From the NCBI GenBank assembly GCA_951406725.2, contig OX597821.1, positions 35,960,001 through 36,024,000 on the forward strand: a stretch of 64,000 nt of DNA. The letters are read 5' to 3'. The DNA is from Octopus vulgaris. Its lineage: Eukaryota. The translations under genes were made by a program, and so were the position numbers. Under the pieces are notes generated by a model that saw nothing but the letters and a program-made list of their open reading frames with translations, was not told the DNA's origin and ran no database searches. Shown piece after piece: positions 1 to 13,848 of the stretch. Every line of letters begins with the position of its first letter. Position 1 is the first letter of the stretch.

Positions 1-11
1 ATATATATATA

Positions 12-389
12 GTTTCAGATAAATCAGATAAACACTCACATACACAAACAATGTATGTATGTTTGCATGTATGTACCTGCGCATTAAATATACGCATATG
101 TATACTTATACATACATATAGATTTATCTATACCTACATATATGTACATAAATCTCTCTGTGGTAATTCTCTGTGTGTGTTTGTGGTGTTGTTAGCTAAA
201 TTCTTCTACATCATTGTATCAATTTGATGAAACCTGACACGTGAGTAGAAACCAAGACTGGAAACCTCATGCCAAACTCATATTCTTGAAAAAATCAATT
301 ATAGGGCACCTAAAATGTATCCTTGTATACATCTAATATATTTTAGTTTAAAAAGCAAGGGAAATGACCTGATCGCACCTGGAGGATAT

Positions 390-432
<43 letters not shown>

Positions 433-1257
433 AGGGATATAACCCATTCATTTTCCTAAATTTATAAAAATGTAATTGAATATGTTAATTTCATAGTGTT
501 TAAACTGTTAGAGTTATTTTCACAATATTTTCCTAAACAAGAGATCTACTTCCTTCGTTTGGTGACTTATTCACGAATATACCAACACTAGCACCGCTGA
601 AGGTAATATTCTCTGGGGACGCGCAAAAGCCATTTTCAGAGTTGATTACTTTGTTATTATCTCATATCTGATCTGCCACTTATTACGTAACATACATCAC
701 GATTTTAGTATTTCCTCCTATAATCTATATACTCTGTGAACGCACAAAAATCCTTTTTCTGGGCTACTTTATTTGAATTCTTACTATTGGGTTACTAATT
801 TTATGTTATTACATAATTGACTTCACAATTCAGGTATTCATACCTTATTGGGTATTCCTAAAAACAAGATGCGCTACAAGACAGTTTGGTATTCTATGTA
901 AATTCACAACAAAACGTTTTAAGGGCCACATACTTTTTAATGTTGTTATTGGATTAACGAGGCAATTATGAGAACGGAAAGAATGGATAAACCCCGATTT
1001 CTGTTTGTGAGGATGTTGTATTTTTGAGGTTTAAGAAATTAAAGTAACGTTACTTCGCCATTTTTTGGATCTTAATATCTTAATTTGTATATATACATAT
1101 ATATATATTTATATATATGTTTATTTTTATATATACTCAAATGAATATGGTACTTAATTTGAGGCACCTGAATTTAGTACGGCATTATCCATAAAATTTC
1201 GATTATATGGAGTTGCTTGAAACGGTCCTACTGCAGTATGTTTGGATATAGTTGTTG

Positions 1258-1306
<49 letters not shown>

Positions 1307-1857
1307 CCAATGTAGCTAATAGCTAGTTGCAAAATCTCAATAGGTGATGAGAGTAGTGACCTCGGTAGCAAGTAAAATTTATCGCCACACTTGTATGGCT
1401 GTTAAAAGTACATATGTTGTAACAAACCCCAACCTATTGTTAATCTAAAATGTTATATATATCAAAATAGCTGTGTACAAGTACCAAAATAGATATTAAT
1501 TTATGCATCTTTCAATGTAATCTAGTCCAACAATTCAACATTTGTATGTTGCATGACTGGTTTTCAATGAAAAACTCCTATTCTGCACAGGGATCAGTTT
1601 CAGATAAACCAGATAAAAATGCTAATTATTATATTATGGAGTCAAAGTAAATATTCGATATTTAGTCTTGCAAATATTTATAGAGAAACACATACACACA
1701 CATACACACACATTGTATGTATGTATGTATGTATGTATGTATCTATGCATATACGTATATGCGCATGAACTATGTAAATATATGTATACATTACATCCAT
1801 CCATACATACATATCTATGTATCTATGTATCTATATACCTATATATCTATCTATGTA

Positions 1858-1921
<64 letters not shown>

Positions 1922-1924
1922 ATA

Positions 1925-2004
<80 letters not shown>

Positions 2005-3356
2005 GGGGGTATATCCAAACTTACAGGGAAAATTAGATTTAGGATTAAATCAAATTTCACTGTATAAATATAAATTAAATTAGAGATAAAACCACTATTA
2101 GGCAACTTAAACAGTTATAGCCATAAACGAAAACATAAAAAACAAAAATAAATATAATTGATATAATATATAATATAATAATTTAAAATTTAAATTATTA
2201 AAATTTTAAATTTGTAAATTTATATTTTTAATTTTTTATATTTTTTAATTTTTGAACTTTTAAATTTAATGTTTTTTTTATATAGAACTAACCAAAAAGT
2301 ATAAAAAAGTTAAATATAATATAAGTAAAAACACTACGTACATTTCATGGCTATTCAATTCAAATTACAATTAAGTTTAAATTCAATTAAAATTTTGAAT
2401 TAAAATTATAGTCAATCTTCAGGTTAATGATAATAGTTAAATAAATAAGCAAATAGAGTTAAACAATATTGTTTAAGAAATAAATAAAATAATATTTTTT
2501 CTTATAAAAAACTCTATTATCTAAATTAGAAACTTAAAACATTAGGATTATGTCATACAACCCATTTATTATGTTAAATATTAATTTTTAAGGTAAAAAA
2601 AATAGATAGAAAAATGTATTTATCTATTAAGATATAATATGGCTTTAAAAAAACATAATAAACTCACGAATATCCTTAACTCAGTTATAGTCCAATATCT
2701 AATTACCAAATTATTTAACAAAATAATCACTATTCATATTTTTAAATTTAAGTACACATCTAATAATTATAAAATATTTAAAAATAATAACTAAATTATT
2801 ATCTACAAATATAATAATGAAGTTCTAAAACTTATTCTATCAATAAATATATAGACGTATAATGAAAAATGAATAAATTAATTAGTCCATTATTACTTAC
2901 GTAAATGTTAAATATTAATATAATATATTTATGAAATATATTAAAAAATTAAAGATTAAAAAGCAAATTATAGACGTATAACCTATCTTAAAAGAACCGT
3001 ATGACTATTTAACAATCTATATATCTCGTTGACTAAGTAATAATTTACACATAATGTACAGTTATAATCTAATAATGAAATACTTTTTATGTTTTGGTTT
3101 ATGTCTATCTCTGTTTGAGTTGCCTAGGTTTTATCTCTAATTTAATGTATATACATACATACATACATATCTATCTATCTACTACATATGTGGTTATTCT
3201 GCATGTGGGTGTTTTTGTGGAGTTGTTAACTAATTCCTTCTACATCGTTGTAACAATTTTGATTAAAACCTGACACGTGAGTAGAAATTATGTCTGAAAC
3301 CCACATGGCATACTCATATTCTTCAATAAATCGATAATAGGGCCCCTAGAATGTAT

Positions 3357-3417
<61 letters not shown>

Positions 3418-3632
3418 TTTATTTTAAAAACCATGGGAAGCAACCCATTCCCACCTGGAAGTGATTCTGATAACCAAATAAAAAAAGAATACTTATTTTC
3501 CTAAATTTGGTAAAAATGAAATTGAGTATGCTTATTTTTTTGTATTTGAACTGTTTGAGTTATTTTCACAATATTTTCCTAAGCAATAAATCGAATTATT
3601 TCGGTTAGTGACATATTCGCGATTATACCAAC
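12..3632. repeat. Diverged duplicated block (12-~590 recurs as ~1595-1860 plus 3190-3632), second copy split by microsatellites and an AT-rich insert
   Basis: agtttcagataaa(t/c)cagataaa at 12 and ~1597. 160-590 aligns colinearly with 3190-3632 (aaacctgacacgtgagtagaaa, actcatattctt, gagttattttcacaatattttcctaa). Confidence 0.7.
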
Positions 3633-3707
3633 AGTGTATGTGTGTAAGTGTGTGTGTATGTGTGTATACATACGTGTGCACGCGTGTTTTGAGACGGTTT
3701 GTGTACG

Positions 3708-3744
<37 letters not shown>

Positions 3745-3784
3745 ACGTAGGAGTGGCTTTGTGGTAAGTAGCTTGCTTACTTCC

Positions 3785-4190
3785 GGTTACCCAGAACGCA
3801 TTTGTTTTGTCGTTTGTGTGAGAGTCGGACGATTTTTTCTTTGCTGCTTTGAGGTTAGAGGGGATGCACTCAGATCTTAGCGGGTCTGAGTTGTCTTCAG
3901 GGGAGGAGCTCGTGAGGGCGATCAAAGAGATGGACAGTGTGCTAGAAAAGACCAGGAGTTTTGCAGATCACGGAGAAGAAACGAAGGGAGTTGGACTTGG
4001 TTGGTCTGAAGAATTATGACAAGATGTTACAGAAGGTGGGAGGGGACGTAAGGCTGTCGCCCACCAAAGGAATTATGAAGAAGATAGAAAGGAAAACGAT
4101 CACCTATAAGGTGTTCTCTTTAAAAGGAAAAGAGGCTGAGTAGGTGGAAACGGAGACAGAAAAGGCGCTAAGATAGAAGTCTAAAGAGAT
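3785..4190 (+). mobile_element. Probable LINE ORF1-like fragment (Tx1/L1-like), degenerate
   Basis: Purine-rich frameshifted reading (KKIERKTITYKVFSLK) resembling the minus-strand fragment at 5125-5430. Family assignment is a guess. Confidence 0.3.
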
Positions 4191-4400
4191 CATATGTATC
4201 ACCAAAGAAAAAAGATATGACTGGTATAATGTATATATATAAATTAGAAAGAAACATCATCTATCAATTCAATAATGAAAAATTAAATCATACCATTTAG
4301 AAAAATTACATATTATAGAGAGACTAAATATAAGATAAAACATATAACGATGATTAAGTAATGTGCAAAATAATAAATAAAATGTATATATTTGCTTGAA

Positions 4401-4504
4401 TAACGACACGTGTTTCGTGGCTATATTTAAGAAATGATAATAGTAAAAATAATAGTAGTATTAGTAAAATCACTTCAGTATAAATATAGCCACACTTCAA
4501 GTTA
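4401..4504 (-). ncRNA. Degenerate minimal type I hammerhead-like motif with long stem II
   Basis: Minus strand: taac-TTGAAGT-gtggctatattt-(53 nt)-aaatatagccac-GAAA-cacgtg-TC-gtta. 12-bp perfect stem II, palindromic stem III ACACGTGT, GUC site. Two core deviations (C3U, A9U). Confidence 0.55.
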
Positions 4505-5011
4505 AAGGTAACAACAATAATAAAATAATCAATTAGATAAATTAATAAATATACGTAAATAATCTTGTAAAATACGAAATATCTTAACAAATATATTCTT
4601 GTTTAAAAAATTTTTTAACTAAAATTTTTCAAGGTAGTACTCCAGCATGGTCGCAGTCTAATGACTAAAACAAATAAAAGATAAAGGTAAACAGTTAAGT
4701 GTAAATTTCTACATGCATGTGCATGTGGTACGTTTAACCTCCAGTGCCAAAAAGTAGTGTTGCCAGTTTAGCCATGCCAAATCACCAGTGCCTAAACAGC
4801 TGCATCCAGTTGTCCCGCTCCATGTCTTCAAAGCTTCTGGGCTAAAACTAATCATAGGTAACTAATCTGAAAGGTAAAAGACCGAGCTGACTAACATGTA
4901 GGATTTCAACTCAGCACATAACTGCATGACCAAACACAACATAGTATTTTCTGATGCTCTACTGATTCTTCTGTTCATTATAACCTACCTTTTGATTATG
5001 CCATAGTAGTA

Positions 5012-5123
<112 letters not shown>

Positions 5124-5124
5124 C

Positions 5125-5430
5125 CCACATACCCAGGCTCTTATCACCTTTCTCCCGCAGTACGACGGGAGGAACAAAATGTTTTTGCCTTCCAAAGGCT
5201 TACTTGCAAAATTGCAAGCCTCCTCCGAACAGCAACCACACCGTTGCATGCCTGGCACCTCGGGATATATATTTTACAGGGAACAAATAGTCTTTTAGTT
5301 CTTTTTCAATGATTTGCTTTGGGAAGACGGTGATGGTATCAAGAACTTTAGAATAAGTTCTAACCACCACCCTCCTCTCCTCCATATCTTTTAACCACTG
5401 CTTGGGTGAGACAATCTCCCACTCCAAAGC
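5125..5430 (-). mobile_element. Probable LINE ORF1-like fragment, frameshifted
   Basis: EERRVVVRTYSK...VKYISRG / FASKPLEGKNILFLPSYCGRK, ending in (TAG)n/(TCG)n tracts. Confidence 0.3.
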
Positions 5431-5831
5431 AGTGGTCTTATTTTTTTATCATTTTATCTGCCATGTCGATAAAACACAGTTCAAACAAGGAAAAAAAGTC
5501 ACTCAACCAAAAACTACAAAAGTCTTGAACACAATAAAAATAAAAACAGTTCAACTAAAATTGGAAAAAATAAAAATACTAGTCCAACAAAGTTGTTCAG
5601 CAAAAGGAAAGAAAAGACAGCAGTACAGAAAAATAAATTATAATGACTGGTAAAATACCTTGTTATTTTGTCCGACTCTTTACCAAATATGTCAATTCAT
5701 CGTATTAATAACGGGTTTCGAATTTTTTTTTCTTTTCAAACAGTCTAATTTGTTTAGAGTATATGAAAATAATAATATTAATAATAATTCTTTTTGCTAT
5801 TGGTACAAGGTCTGAAACTTTGGGTGAGTGG

Positions 5832-6000
5832 GGATCTTTTTCCTTTGAACGGCAGATCGAAAAATTATTATTAATGTTTTGTAACTAAACACTTTCAATC
5901 TTCACTGGTAGAATGTGTCATATAAAACATCTTTTACTCTTAGCATTTTTGAGAAAAGATTATATTTCCGAAGTTATTTCGTGTTATAGTTGCCGCTAAA
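5832..6000. mobile_element. Single truncated arm of the GGATC-terminated foldback MITE family
   Basis: ggatctttttcctttgaacggcagat...actggtagaatgtgtcatataaaacatcttttactcttagcattttt matches the arm starting at 49960. Confidence 0.75.
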
Positions 6001-7029
6001 AGTTAAATCTTGGCGATAGTGACTACTCCATCACAGATGGTTAAGATAGATCCCACTTGTCAGTATATAATATCTACCATATGTATTAATGGCTTATTTA
6101 ATAAACTGGAAATGTGAAAATTATAAAACAACGAATGCGGCTAGACGCAATATAAAACCGAAAAGGAAAACTTCAATTGTCACGAGTAATGACTGATTGT
6201 ACTGGGTAGCATTACTAGAAATTGTACTGGGTAGCATTACTAGAAATAAGAGTCAAACAACCTAATAGCCACAAAAAGCACATTGTCCATGTATGGACAA
6301 TAAAATGAAATAAGAGTACAATATAGCATTGCATAGTCTGTTATAAAGTATGCACATCCATACCGTTAATTTCATAGGACTTGTAATTCTGACTCCATGG
6401 AATCCCTATGCATTATGTTGTGTACAGAAACATTAGACGATAGGTACTTTCGAAGTGCAATCAACGACTGAAATAAACCTTTTCGAGGTGTTATAGGAAC
6501 AAATACTTTTTAGTAGCTTTCTCAAGCTAGCATGCTTAATTTTCATCCACCAATATTCTATGTTTTCGGGTTTCAGACTTTTCAAAACATTTCTATATGT
6601 ATAAAACAGTCCTTGGACGAAAATTGTATGCACATTTTGCTTTGACGGTTAATGGCGGCCAAACCGAGGCTAGGATCGAGCGGAAAATTGCCAGGGATAC
6701 TAAATGCCTGGTGAGGATGAGACCCGCAATGGTTAAAATTCACAAGGCATAAAGACGTGGTTGCTATGGCAAAAAGAGTGATTTTTTATAGATTCAAGGG
6801 GACCCAGAGGTCCTCTAGGTTTGTGCGATTGGCTTTTAATGCCCAGCGGCATGCACTGCAGGCTGTTGTGCTTAATAAACATACATTTTGTCGCGAAATT
6901 CCGGCTACTAGGAAATGATTTTTCATTGGGAAAAAACGAGTGCTTTTTGCCCTCATTTTCTTTTTAATCTTTTCCATAAATCAGCTATCGTAAAAATTTT
7001 CTACCATGACCTCACATTTTCTATGTATG

Positions 7030-7864
7030 TGTGTGTACCTCAAAAGACGTGATTAGACAGAGGTCCAATAGAATTGAATGGACCGGCCGCTGGTCAAGAT
7101 GTTCTTATAGCTCAAATGTCCCTCACTCCTTCCGATATGATCTACATGTTTAAGCGGCTTCAATTTCCTATCAAATGACAATAAATAAGGCACAGGATCA
7201 ATCATTGCAAATCGTTGGTTTAAATCTCACAGGGCAAGTGTTCTCCCACGGTTAACTTTACGTTGGATGCTCCTGTGCTGGCAGGCCACAAAGTCTATTC
7301 ATTTGTGCATCAGAAGGGAAAACGAGAAACGTTGCCTACAAAGAAGCGCTAGACTGAAAAGACGGCATTTCTTCACATATTTCATATTATCCCAGTCATC
7401 TGCCGCCTCAAAAGCTTCGTAGTCGCCGTGCCAGCCAACGTAACTCAATGACACACACCTTCACTCACTCACTCTATCTCTCTTTCTCGTCCTTTTTCTC
7501 TCTCATATACACACGCGCAAGCACGCACGCACGCACAAGCACGCACGCACGCACACACACACACACACGGACGCACCCCTCCCCCTCACACATCCATTTC
7601 ACATACCTTCTTTCAATTTCTGTTTTCTGCAAATAAACTTTTTACGGTTACAACTGCTTACAAAATAGGGATTAAAGTATAATTTCTTTATAGGCGCAGG
7701 AGTGACTGTGTAGTAAGTAGCTTGCTTTACCAACCATATGGTTCCGGGTTCAGTCCCACTGCGTGGCATCTTGGGCAAGTGTCTTCTGCTATAGCCCCGG
7801 GCCGACCAATACCTTGTGAGTGGATTTGGTAGACGGAAACTGAAAGAAGCCTGTCGCATATATG

Positions 7865-7914
<50 letters not shown>

Positions 7915-8398
7915 TGTGTCTGTGTTTGTCCCCCTAACATTGCTTGACAACCGATGCTGGTGTGTTTACGTCCCCGTCACCTAGCGGTTCGGCAAAAGAG
8001 ACCGATAGAATAAGTACTGGGCTTACAAAGAATATGTCCCGGGGTCGATTGCTCGACTAAAGGCGGTGCTCCAGCATGGCTGCAGTCAAATGACTGAAAC
8101 AAGTAAAATAGTAAAAGAGTAAAAGAGTACATGTTCATAATTAAATAAATGTTTTAATGATTAGACAGAGAACCAATAAATTAGCTCCCAGAAACAGACT
8201 ACGTACAAATTCTTTCTTCACAACACCCGAAGCTGTTTTCTGACAGGGGGAAGAAATTTTCATACAGCTGGACGCTCCAATCGAAACAAGAGACCCGAAA
8301 TGATAAGGTTGAGAACACTGTTATAGATTATGCCTAACCGAAAACGATCACACCCACATCATCCAAAAAGACGATGTGAAACCGGGCTTAGCTGCTAG
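7030..8398 (+). mobile_element. Helitron remnant (PIF1-like helicase C-terminus and 3' end) with nested SINE
   Basis: 7075-7275 translates GPAAGQDVLI...FKRLQFPI / MTINKAQDQSLQIVGLNLTGQVFSHG*LYVGCS (Helitron helicase motifs). CTAG then T at 8395-8399. 5' boundary not defined. Confidence 0.75.
7693..8129 (+). mobile_element. tRNA-derived SINE family 1 (octopus-type), full length
   Basis: A/B-box-like head (tgtgtagtaa...ggttcagtccc), internal (TG)n, 3' cagcatggc..cagtcaaatgactgaaac + (gtaaaaga)n tail. Near-identical copies elsewhere in the window. Confidence 0.9.
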
Positions 8399-9000
8399 TT
8401 AATGTTTAATATGAATATATGAGTGTCTATATATCTATTGGCTTATACACACGTATGATATTCATTCGTCCATAGTAAGAGAGATAACTCTTACTAAGCA
8501 TGTTACATGGGATGTTAATGATCATCTAAATTTTGAACTTAAACGCAAATATGTAATCAAGGGGAACAACTTTTAAAGCATTGCCTCCCTTGCATTAAAT
8601 TTGGATTTTATTTTTTTGATTTAATATGCTGGATTACAATTATTTCAGCTTCATTATACATTGTACTCAATACACATAATAGTTCATATTTCCAATATCT
8701 GTGAACCTTACTGCAGAGATTAACACGTTTTTCGCATAATGTGTTATGACACAACAGAATTCGCAGAATGAACATGCACAAAAATTTATGAATATATACC
8801 TCGTCTAGAGACACAACGTTATAAGTCTCATGAATTCACAACACTGTGTATCAAATTTAGGGCATAAAGTATGTTTTACGTGAAATATATTAAAGTCTAA
8901 ATCATATGCAAGGGAGATAATATCGTCAGAGTTGCTTCCCTTGAAGAGTATGTTTGTTACTTCAACAATTTCGTCATTTTTTTTATCTTTCTACAATATA

Positions 9001-9215
9001 GGCGACGGGCTGGCAGAAACGTTAGCACCCCGGGTGAAATGCGTAGCCGTACTTCGTCTGTTGTTACGTTCTGAGTTCAAATTTCAAATTTCATCTTTTC
9101 GGGGTCGATAAATAAAGTACCAGTTACGCACTAGAGTCGATTTATCGACTTAATCCGTTCGTCTGTCCTTGTTTGTCCCCTCTTTGTTTAGCCCCTTGTG
9201 GGCAATAAAGAAATA
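9001..9215 (+). mobile_element. SINE family 2 (ggcg..gctggcagaa head)
   Basis: Shared head and core (gttctgagttcaaat...cttttcggggtcgataa...gtaccag) with 37740, 42195, 42438 and reverse copies at 60553-60925. Confidence 0.75.
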
Positions 9216-9536
9216 TATCTTTCTACAATATGGTTTCCAGTACCAATGTTCATGTGACGGACATCGTAATTGCTAAGAGATATCCCTTACCATGATGTAA
9301 ATGTTAGCCTGGTTAAGCTACGACTAAAGAATATTGCTCCACCAAAGCGGCATTATGCATTTACTCTAGCTGTTCCATATTGAAGTGTGTGGGTGTGTGT
9401 GTGTGCTCGTGCGCGCGCACGTTGTGTGAGTGTATATGTATATATATATAGGGACAGATAGAAGGAATTATGCGAATAAATAATTATACATATTAGCTAT
9501 ATAATGGTTTAGGTAGGAAATATAAAATATATTTGT

Positions 9537-9852
9537 AGGAGTGACTGTGTGGTAAGAAGCTTGCTTACGAACCACATGGTTCCGGGTTCAGTCCCACTGC
9601 GTGACACATTGGTCAAGTGTCTTCTACTCTAGCCTCGGGCCTACCAAAGCCTTGTAAGTGGATTTGGTAGACGGAAACTAAAAGAAGCCCGTCGTATATA
9701 TGTGTATATATGTATATGTATGTGTGTGTGTATATGTTTGTGTGTCTTGTTTGTCCCCCCCAATATCGCTTGACAACCGGTAACCTAGCGGTTCGGCAAA
9801 CGAGACTGATAAAATAAGTACTAGGCTTACAAAGAATAAGTCCTGGGGATCG
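9537..9852 (+). mobile_element. SINE family 1, 3'-truncated
   Basis: Aligns to 7693-8050. Confidence 0.85.
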
Positions 9853-10140
9853 AACACAGCATTGACTTGTTTCTTCCATCTATGCCTTGTGTGCTGGTCC
9901 CTTGTTGGATAATGAGAGGCTAGAGTCGGACCAGTATCTCTGAGCCTGCCAGGTACAGCACTGTCACTATCAAGGGCTTCAGTTTCACTACCACCCTTAT
10001 TCACAATATCTTGTTTTTTCATTGCCATTCATATGAAGTAGCGATTATCAGGCTTCGTAATTACCAATAATTTTATTGTGACACCATCATTAGATGTATC
10101 ATCAATCAAGACATAAGGAGATTCCAACAGCTACCTTTCA
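9853..10140 (-). mobile_element. Probable 5' end/ORF N-terminus of an R4/Dong element
   Basis: MAMKKQDIVNK...PGR...TRHRWKKQVNAV resembles the N-terminal region of the plus-strand element at 59200-59410 (PGRNPTT..KRYKRSKQLKMKV). Confidence 0.45.
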
Positions 10141-10231
10141 TTATTATTATTAACATCACTATTATTTTCATTTTTTACTGTTTGTCATTGTTAACATTTC
10201 CTCTGATCTTACATGAGTTTTGGTTAAATCA

Positions 10232-10313
<82 letters not shown>

Positions 10314-10324
10314 CATTATTATTT

Positions 10325-13300
10325 ATGGGTTTTTCTTCTTCTTTCAAATTTGCTTCCATTTCTTGCCGAGTGTCTTCCCGACTCCTAGGGCAAAGAAACT
10401 CATAGTATACATTGGTAGGCCATTAAAACTAAACTCACTAGTTCGTTCATTTTTTTTTTTTTTTTTTTTGATAGAAATAAAGTTAAATTAAAATACATGG
10501 ATAGTAATAGTTCTCACATCGACATTGCTCTTCTCAATACGTGTGATGTACCAGTTAAGACAATCTTTTGCACTTCTTGCAGGGATGGTAAGCCAGGGAT
10601 CATTCTCATATAATTTTCGGTTCCCTTCTTGATCATTCCTAGTGCTCCTACGATCACTGGTATTGTAACCGCCTTGAGATGCCACATTTTCTCAATTTCA
10701 TTGAGCAGGTCTTTATATTTTCTGAGCTTGTCAAATTCTTTCGCCGAGATATTATGATCACAGGGGATGCTCATGTCGATCAATATACAAACTTTATTGT
10801 TTTGGTCTTTCACAACAATATCCGGTTTATTGGCTTTGATAGTTCGGTCTGTATGTACTGGAAAGTCCCACAAAATGGTTACATTTTCTCCTTCAGTTAC
10901 AGCTTCAGGGTGGTGATTATACCACTTGTCGGCAGTTTTGATATTGTAATGCCGACTTATTAGCCAGTGTAGATCTTGGCCAACTCTGTCATGTCTTAAT
11001 TTATACTCCACTGGTGCTAAGACTTTACATCCAGATATTAGGTGGTCCACTGTTTCAATCATGTCGTTGCACAATCGGCATTTTGGGTCTGGTCCATTTT
11101 TCATCACATTGACCTGGTAGTTCCGGGTTAATAGGCTTTGATCTTGAGCAGCCAGGGTGAAACCTTCGCTCTCTGCTTTCAGCCCTGAGCTCCGTAGCCA
11201 CTGATGGGTTTGCTTCTGGTCAACATCAGCTTGTTTGCTACGGGCCACATATTTGCTGTGCAGAGGTTTCTCCTCCCACCTATCAGCCAATTGCTCGTGC
11301 GCTTTTTTCGTTGCTATTATTTTCACCTTCTTTGCAACAATAGTTGCCGTACTTCCCTCGGGTTGTTCAGTTTGGGTATCCTGCACGAGATCAATAGCAA
11401 ATTTTTTGCTTTCCTTTATGATAGAATGAAGCTTCTTTCGTCTCTCGTGATTTTCCACGAGCTTTAGCATCCAGTCATTCGTTATTTCAAGATATTTGGC
11501 CAGTCCAATTGTGGTTGTTTTGTAAGCTAGTTCAAATTGGATCAGGCCTCGACCTCCTTGGGCTCTGGGGAGGTAAAGGCGATCTACGTCTGCTTTGGGT
11601 GGTGCATCCTATTACAACTCAGCAGCTTGCGTATTTTCCTGTCTATATTCTTTACTTCACTTATATTCCAGTTCAACACATTGTAGCTATAAGTAACAAC
11701 TGGAACTGCTAAGGAATTTATAGCTAACACCTTGTTACGTGCATTAAGTTCAGATTTCAGGACTGCTCGTACTCTCCTATAACATTCCTTCCTGATCTTT
11801 TCTTTCATGCTTGCATGCTGAATACCAGAGCCTTCATTTATCCCTAAATATTTGTATGTTTGTTTTTGCTCAAGCTCTCTTTTGACTGTGTCCAACATCT
11901 ATCACGGCTGAATTTGTGGTCTTCACTTTCCCTTTCTGGAAAGTGGCCTTGGCACACTTCTCAAGCCCAAACTCCATCCCGATGTCATCGCTGAAAGCTT
12001 TCACAGTGCGCAATAGGCCTTCAAGTTCATTATGGCTTATTTTTTTATTGACAATTTTATACCCATACCCTGTTCTGTTTAATTCACTTGTAAGGGGTAT
12101 TAGGGCTATGCAGAATATTAGAGGTGAAAGTGAGTCACCTTGAAAAATGCCACAGTTGATGTTTATATTCTCTGAGGAAAGTACTCCATTAGATTGGTAT
12201 AATTGGAGATTCGTATTCCACAACGACATATTGTGCTTCAGGAAGCTTGAAATCACAGGGGAAATTTTGAAGATGTCCAGCGATTTCAAGATCCATGAAT
12301 GCGGTATACTGTCGAAGGCCTTTTTATAGGCAATCCATGCGGAGCTGAGATTTCTGCGCTTGTTGTGAAAATTCTCAAGGATCATACGATTAATTAGCAG
12401 TTGATCTTTGTATCCGTATGAGCCTCGGCGGCACCCTTTTTGTTCAATGGGGAAAATATCGTTCTTCTCCATGAATGCATATGTTTTCTCCGCCAGGATA
12501 GATGTTAGGATTTTATACGTGGTGGATAAACAGGTTATAGGCCGATAGTTTTTTGGAAGTTTGGTTTCGTTATCCTTTGGGAGTAGGTAAGTAATACCAC
12601 TTGCTAACCATTCAGGTATTTTCTTTGGGTCTCTCATAATTCCATTGAGCAGCTGAACTAGCTTACCGTGTGCGCATGGGAGCGATGCGAGCTAGAAATT
12701 CGGCACCCTATCTTTACCGGGGGATTTCCGATTATGGGCCTTCGTGAGTGCATTTCTTAGGTCTGCTATTGTGATGTCTTCCCATGCTTGTTGTAAATTT
12801 TGGTAGGATCCTTCTGTTTGTATAATCCAGTCTGCATTTATGTTGTACGTCTTCTCGTCACTCCAAAACCTTTTCCAAAAGTTTTGAACTTCTTCCATGA
12901 GAGGGGGGTCTTTAACGGTTACTTTCTCCTTCCCTATTTCTCTGTAGAATTTTTTGGCATTGGATGTGAACAGCTTATTTTGCATGTAAAACTTGTTTCT
13001 CTTCTCAAATCTTCGTATTCTTTGTGCTTTTGCTTGGACTTTTTGTTTCAGCGTTTCTTTTATTGATATCAGTTCTTCTCTTGGTGAGGATCCAAATTTT
13101 CTCTTCATCTTTCTTCCTGTTCTGGATCTTACATCATTTCCACATATTAGTTAATTTAATATTGATATTTCCCCTCTCATAAATTCAATATCTTTTTCAA
13201 TTTTACTCCTCCAGGTTTGATTTCTTCCCAGGTTTGGTTTTCTTTGTTTTTTCGTGGGCATACAGCTGGTTTCAATTGCCCTAGCAGAAGCGTAGATGAT

Positions 13301-13340
13301 TTCCTTTAACTCAGTAAAATCAGGTTTTAATTCTTGTATT
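10325..13340 (-). mobile_element. R4/Dong-clade RLE non-LTR retrotransposon, 5'-truncated and frameshifted
   Basis: RT motifs (KSPGKD, NYRPITCL, EQKG, KKAFDSIPH, GIFQGDSLSP; YxDD deleted), CCHC knuckle CRLC..ETVDHLISGC, RHD, KPDIV..ID..K..KY endonuclease. 3' end abuts (AAT)n at 10232-10324. Confidence 0.92.
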
Positions 13341-13635
13341 ATTACTATCATTATTATCATCATCACCATCACCATCATCATCATCATCATCATCATCAAT
13401 GATATTGTTTTATGTGTAGTCACAGCAGTATCTTATTATTGTTATTTTTGTTTTTATCATTGTCACCATCACAGTACGTTGGCAGCGGGTTGAGTTGTGT
13501 CTGTCTGTCTGTCTCGTTGGCTGGCTGGGTGGTTGGCTGGCTGGCTGTCCTCAACGCCAGAAATCTTGCCTGTCAGATGATACTTTCATATTTGGTTAAC
13601 ATCTAAAGAGCCGAGGTGAAGTTTGTGTTGGCTGA

Positions 13636-13679
<44 letters not shown>

Positions 13680-13848
13680 TGTGTACGTGTGTGTAGATAG
13701 TTAGATAGATTATCACCACTATTACTATCATTATTATCATCATCACCATCACCATCATCATCATCATCATCATCATCAATGATATTGTTTTATGTGTAGT
13801 CACAGCAGTATCTTATTGTTATTTTTGTTTTTATCATTATCACCATCA
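13341..13848. repeat. Near-perfect ~130-bp direct duplication (13341-13471 and 13721-13848)
   Basis: Same (ATC)n block plus aatgatattgttttatgtgtagtcacagcagtatctta in both copies. Confidence 0.9.

Noticed and set aside
222-262. ttgatga-aac...gta-gaaac as a hammerhead
   Set aside because: No stem I/III or cleavage triplet, and the second copy at ~3258 does not keep the core.
6196-6245. 25-bp perfect tandem duplication (also the 28-bp triplication at 30376) as CRISPR-like repeats
   Set aside because: No spacers; eukaryotic context; simple slippage.
7693-7765. tRNA gene
   Set aside because: It is a SINE head repeated with the same body; no full cloverleaf.
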